From the sequence record PP496438.1: a stretch of 64,000 bases of DNA. One strand, 5' to 3'. Shown one piece after another: positions 61,653 to 64,000 of this stretch. The stretch's first letter is position 1; the number at the start of each line of letters is the position of its first letter. The position numbers and the translations under genes are program-made. The notes beneath the pieces are model-generated. The model was given only the letters and a program-made list of their open reading frames with translations. It was not told the origin of the DNA and ran no database searches.

Positions 61653-61916
61653 ATGCGTATGCTCGTTGTCAAAGGTTACAAGGTCGAGCGTGATCTGGAG
61701 GAACTACCCGCGAAGGATGGAGAGTTCGGGGCTAACGATGTCTTCGTATACTCCAAAGGTAAACGAGGTGACAGTAACATTGAGGAGACTATCAAGGCAG
61801 CGATTGAGTCCCAAGGCTTTACCGAAGCCGACATCATCTCGATCACCATGGTGCCATGGCAGGTTAACGGACGTGATCGCGGCAGCAACGACTATCACAT
61901 CTTCCTTCGGGGATAA
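61653..61916 (+). CDS. Hypothetical protein (87 aa)
   Basis: RBS GGAG. Confidence 0.6.
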   Translation: MRMLVVKGYKVERDLEELPAKDGEFGANDVFVYSKGKRGDSNIEETIKAAIESQGFTEADIISITMVPWQVNGRDRGSNDYHIFLRG

Positions 61917-61928
61917 GGAAAGCAGGCC

Positions 61929-62576
61929 ATGGCCGTCAATAGCAGTATGATCAAACTCCCCAAGATGGGGAGTGTCACGTTCAAGAAGATGCAAGCGGTC
62001 AACGTGCCGATCCATCGTCTTGCCCAGTCCAACATTCAGTTCAACCTGCGAGAGAACTTACAGGAAGATGTGTTCGTTGAGCGCAATAAGTCCAAGGAAG
62101 TAAAAGACATCGTTCGACACACTGCTGCGTCTCAACTCCGGGCGTGGCAGTTGCTGATGCAAGAACCCTTTGGTGAGCCGTACAGCATGTGCGTGTCCAC
62201 CTACGAGTCCGATTTCCTGCCCAAGATGGTAGCCGCCACACTGGTTGCTGCTGCCTTCGATCAGGGCGCCACCGTCAATCAGGTGGCTTGGCACACGATC
62301 ACCGGGGACGCGGTTGACTACATGCTGGTAGATCATCACGCACGGAAGAAAGACCTGAAGCTGATCGTGCTTGCCAACCTGCCAACGTCCTACGACCACA
62401 CGACCCGGATGGACAGCTCTTTGCTGAAGTATGAGAAGGTGCGGGACATCATCGAGGTGTTCCCCAATGCGGCGGTGTGCGTGGTGTCAACAGGCACCAG
62501 CCCGTCGGACCTGTTCCATAAACTTCAACTTCCTCTGGACATCGCCATCCGCCTGATGGATAAGAGACAACTATGA
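61929..62576 (+). CDS. Hypothetical protein, possible degenerate helicase-loader-like alpha/beta domain
   Basis: Directly upstream of and overlapping dnaB; LKLIVLANL strand but no Walker A. Confidence 0.5.
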   Translation: MAVNSSMIKLPKMGSVTFKKMQAVNVPIHRLAQSNIQFNLRENLQEDVFVERNKSKEVKDIVRHTAASQLRAWQLLMQEPFGEPYSMCVSTYESDFLPKMVAATLVAAAFDQGATVNQVAWHTITGDAVDYMLVDHHARKKDLKLIVLANLPTSYDHTTRMDSSLLKYEKVRDIIEVFPNAAVCVVSTGTSPSDLFHKLQLPLDIAIRLMDKRQL

Positions 62577-64000
62577 AACTGGTTAACCAACCCGCAGAAG
62601 TACGTGCAGTTGTGTCCATCTGTAAGAGCCCAACAAAGCTTCGCTACAAGCTGTTGGCTAACCTCAATGAAACTCACTTCGACTCAGACATCGCCAGCCG
62701 GGCATTCAGTCGTATCTCCACACTGGCCCGGAAGCGCGCCACACTGGTGAGCTGGGAAGACCTGTGTGAAGACCCTACGCTGCCGGACGCTACCAAGGCT
62801 GCGCTGCGGAATGCCAAAGTCAGGCCGATCAAGACCGACAAGGATATGTCCTCGCTGGTAGAGAACCTGACTTACTATCGCAAGTGCCGACTGACCTTCG
62901 AAGCAGCACAAGCGGCCATCACCTCTTTTCAGACTGATGCGCCGAACGTAGACAACATCGTGGTAAGTCTAGCTAACGCTGTGACTGCTGCTAACACCTC
63001 TATGGCCGTGGACAGCGAGCTGCTCGTCTTCGGTAAGGGCTCCAACTCCAAGGAGATGATCGACGAACTGCTGGACGGTGAAGCACCCGAGGTTATTCCG
63101 TTGGGCTTTTCCGGGTTCGATGACCGCAACGGTGGCCTGTTCCCCGGCTCGCTGGTAATCGTGGCAGGTCCATCTGGTGGGGGTAAGTCGCTGACGGCTG
63201 GTCAGATGGCGATAAACTTCACGGAAGGTGGGTATTCAACCGCTATCGTGCCGTTGGAGATGACCAAGCGTGAGCAGACTGCGCGTATCGTCGCCAACCT
63301 TGCGGACATCCCGGTCAACAAGATTCTCACGGGCAAGCTGACGCTCAACGAGAAGAAAAAGATTCGCAAGGCGATGAAGGACTACGAGCGCCGCTGCAAG
63401 AAGCTCGGTTCCTCGTACGCCATCTACGAGCCGGAAGAAGACGTCACCATCGAAAACGTGCTGGGCAACCTTCGCCCGTTCGGCCATCGCGTTGTGATCA
63501 TCGACTACGTGGGTCTGCTGGACGGTGTTGACGGGGATGACTCTTGGAGGCAGCTGGGTAAAGCGGCTCGCTACGCCAAGATCTGGGCCAAGCAGAACAA
63601 CGTGCTGGTCATCCTGCTGGCGCAAGCGGCGGAAGATGGTACGCTGCGTTATTCCAAGGTAATGACCGACCATGCCAACAACGCCTTCGTGTGGGTGACC
63701 ACGGAAGAGATGAAGGATCACGGCATCATTCGCGTCATGCAGCCTAAGGCACGTAACCATGATCCGGCGCCATTCTACATCAAGATGCATTGGGGCAGTA
63801 TGAAGTGCGTCGGCCTCACGGATCAGGAAGCCGAGGAACAGATGTCGGCCAGCGGGCATCGCAACGTGGTCAATACGGAACGGCGAGGTGCACGACAAGG
63901 CGGGGATAATTCCGGGAAAGCTGGACGGACCAATAACTTGCGCCGTGAACTGCAAAACCGCAGGCAGCAAATGGGCGGCGGACAGAGACGCGCCGCGTAA
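62573..64000 (+). CDS. dnaB: DnaB-like replicative helicase
   Basis: VAGPSGGGKS, PLEMTKRE, VIIDYVGLL, ILLAQ, KARN. Confidence 0.92.
   Translation: MKLVNQPAEVRAVVSICKSPTKLRYKLLANLNETHFDSDIASRAFSRISTLARKRATLVSWEDLCEDPTLPDATKAALRNAKVRPIKTDKDMSSLVENLTYYRKCRLTFEAAQAAITSFQTDAPNVDNIVVSLANAVTAANTSMAVDSELLVFGKGSNSKEMIDELLDGEAPEVIPLGFSGFDDRNGGLFPGSLVIVAGPSGGGKSLTAGQMAINFTEGGYSTAIVPLEMTKREQTARIVANLADIPVNKILTGKLTLNEKKKIRKAMKDYERRCKKLGSSYAIYEPEEDVTIENVLGNLRPFGHRVVIIDYVGLLDGVDGDDSWRQLGKAARYAKIWAKQNNVLVILLAQAAEDGTLRYSKVMTDHANNAFVWVTTEEMKDHGIIRVMQPKARNHDPAPFYIKMHWGSMKCVGLTDQEAEEQMSASGHRNVVNTERRGARQGGDNSGKAGRTNNLRRELQNRRQQMGGGQRRAA

Noticed and set aside
34215-64000. Inteins, introns or splits in topoisomerase, PolA, helicases
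   Set aside because: Motif spacing is continuous, with no intein C...HN termini or embedded homing endonuclease seen

Overview
This is 64 kb of a large dsDNA tailed-phage genome, probably a contractile-tailed jumbo phage. From memory, the gene set recalls the PaBG/Y3/JA11-type jumbo myoviruses; I could not verify this. Layout: (1) 1-4937 (-) is the start of a virion operon: tail sheath N-terminus, probable tail-completion protein, major capsid, decoration protein and scaffold. (2) A sigma70-driven SWIM Zn-finger gene converges on a 928-aa protein with family-A polymerase palm motifs, followed by an ~800-bp strand-skewed non-coding region. (3) 9.5-19.8 kb (-) holds small accessory genes, a GNAT, RNase H and an SF1 helicase. 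(4) 19.9-33.3 kb (+) is the most unusual block: a catalytically degenerate NAD-ligase homologue, two divergent QueC-like PP-loop enzymes, four Fem/BioF2-type GNAT-fold proteins, a PurD-like ATP-grasp ligase, two SAM methyltransferases and a lysine 2,3-aminomutase. (5) 33.4-64 kb (+) holds replication and nucleotide genes: both type IIA topoisomerase subunits, a J-domain protein, HAD phosphatase, HNH, a sigma-like protein, an NMP kinase, DenV-like glycosylase, PolA, QueE, a beta clamp, FolE, an SF2 helicase and DnaB. A GTAAAT motif with no -35 element sits ~25-90 nt upstream of 13 genes and links block 4 to queE and the replication genes. Best candidate for an undescribed system: a phage 7-deazaguanine / beta-lysine hypermodification or small-molecule biosynthesis pathway. 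All protein assignments are by-eye motif recognition; no searches were run. I saw no tRNA, rRNA or CRISPR array.
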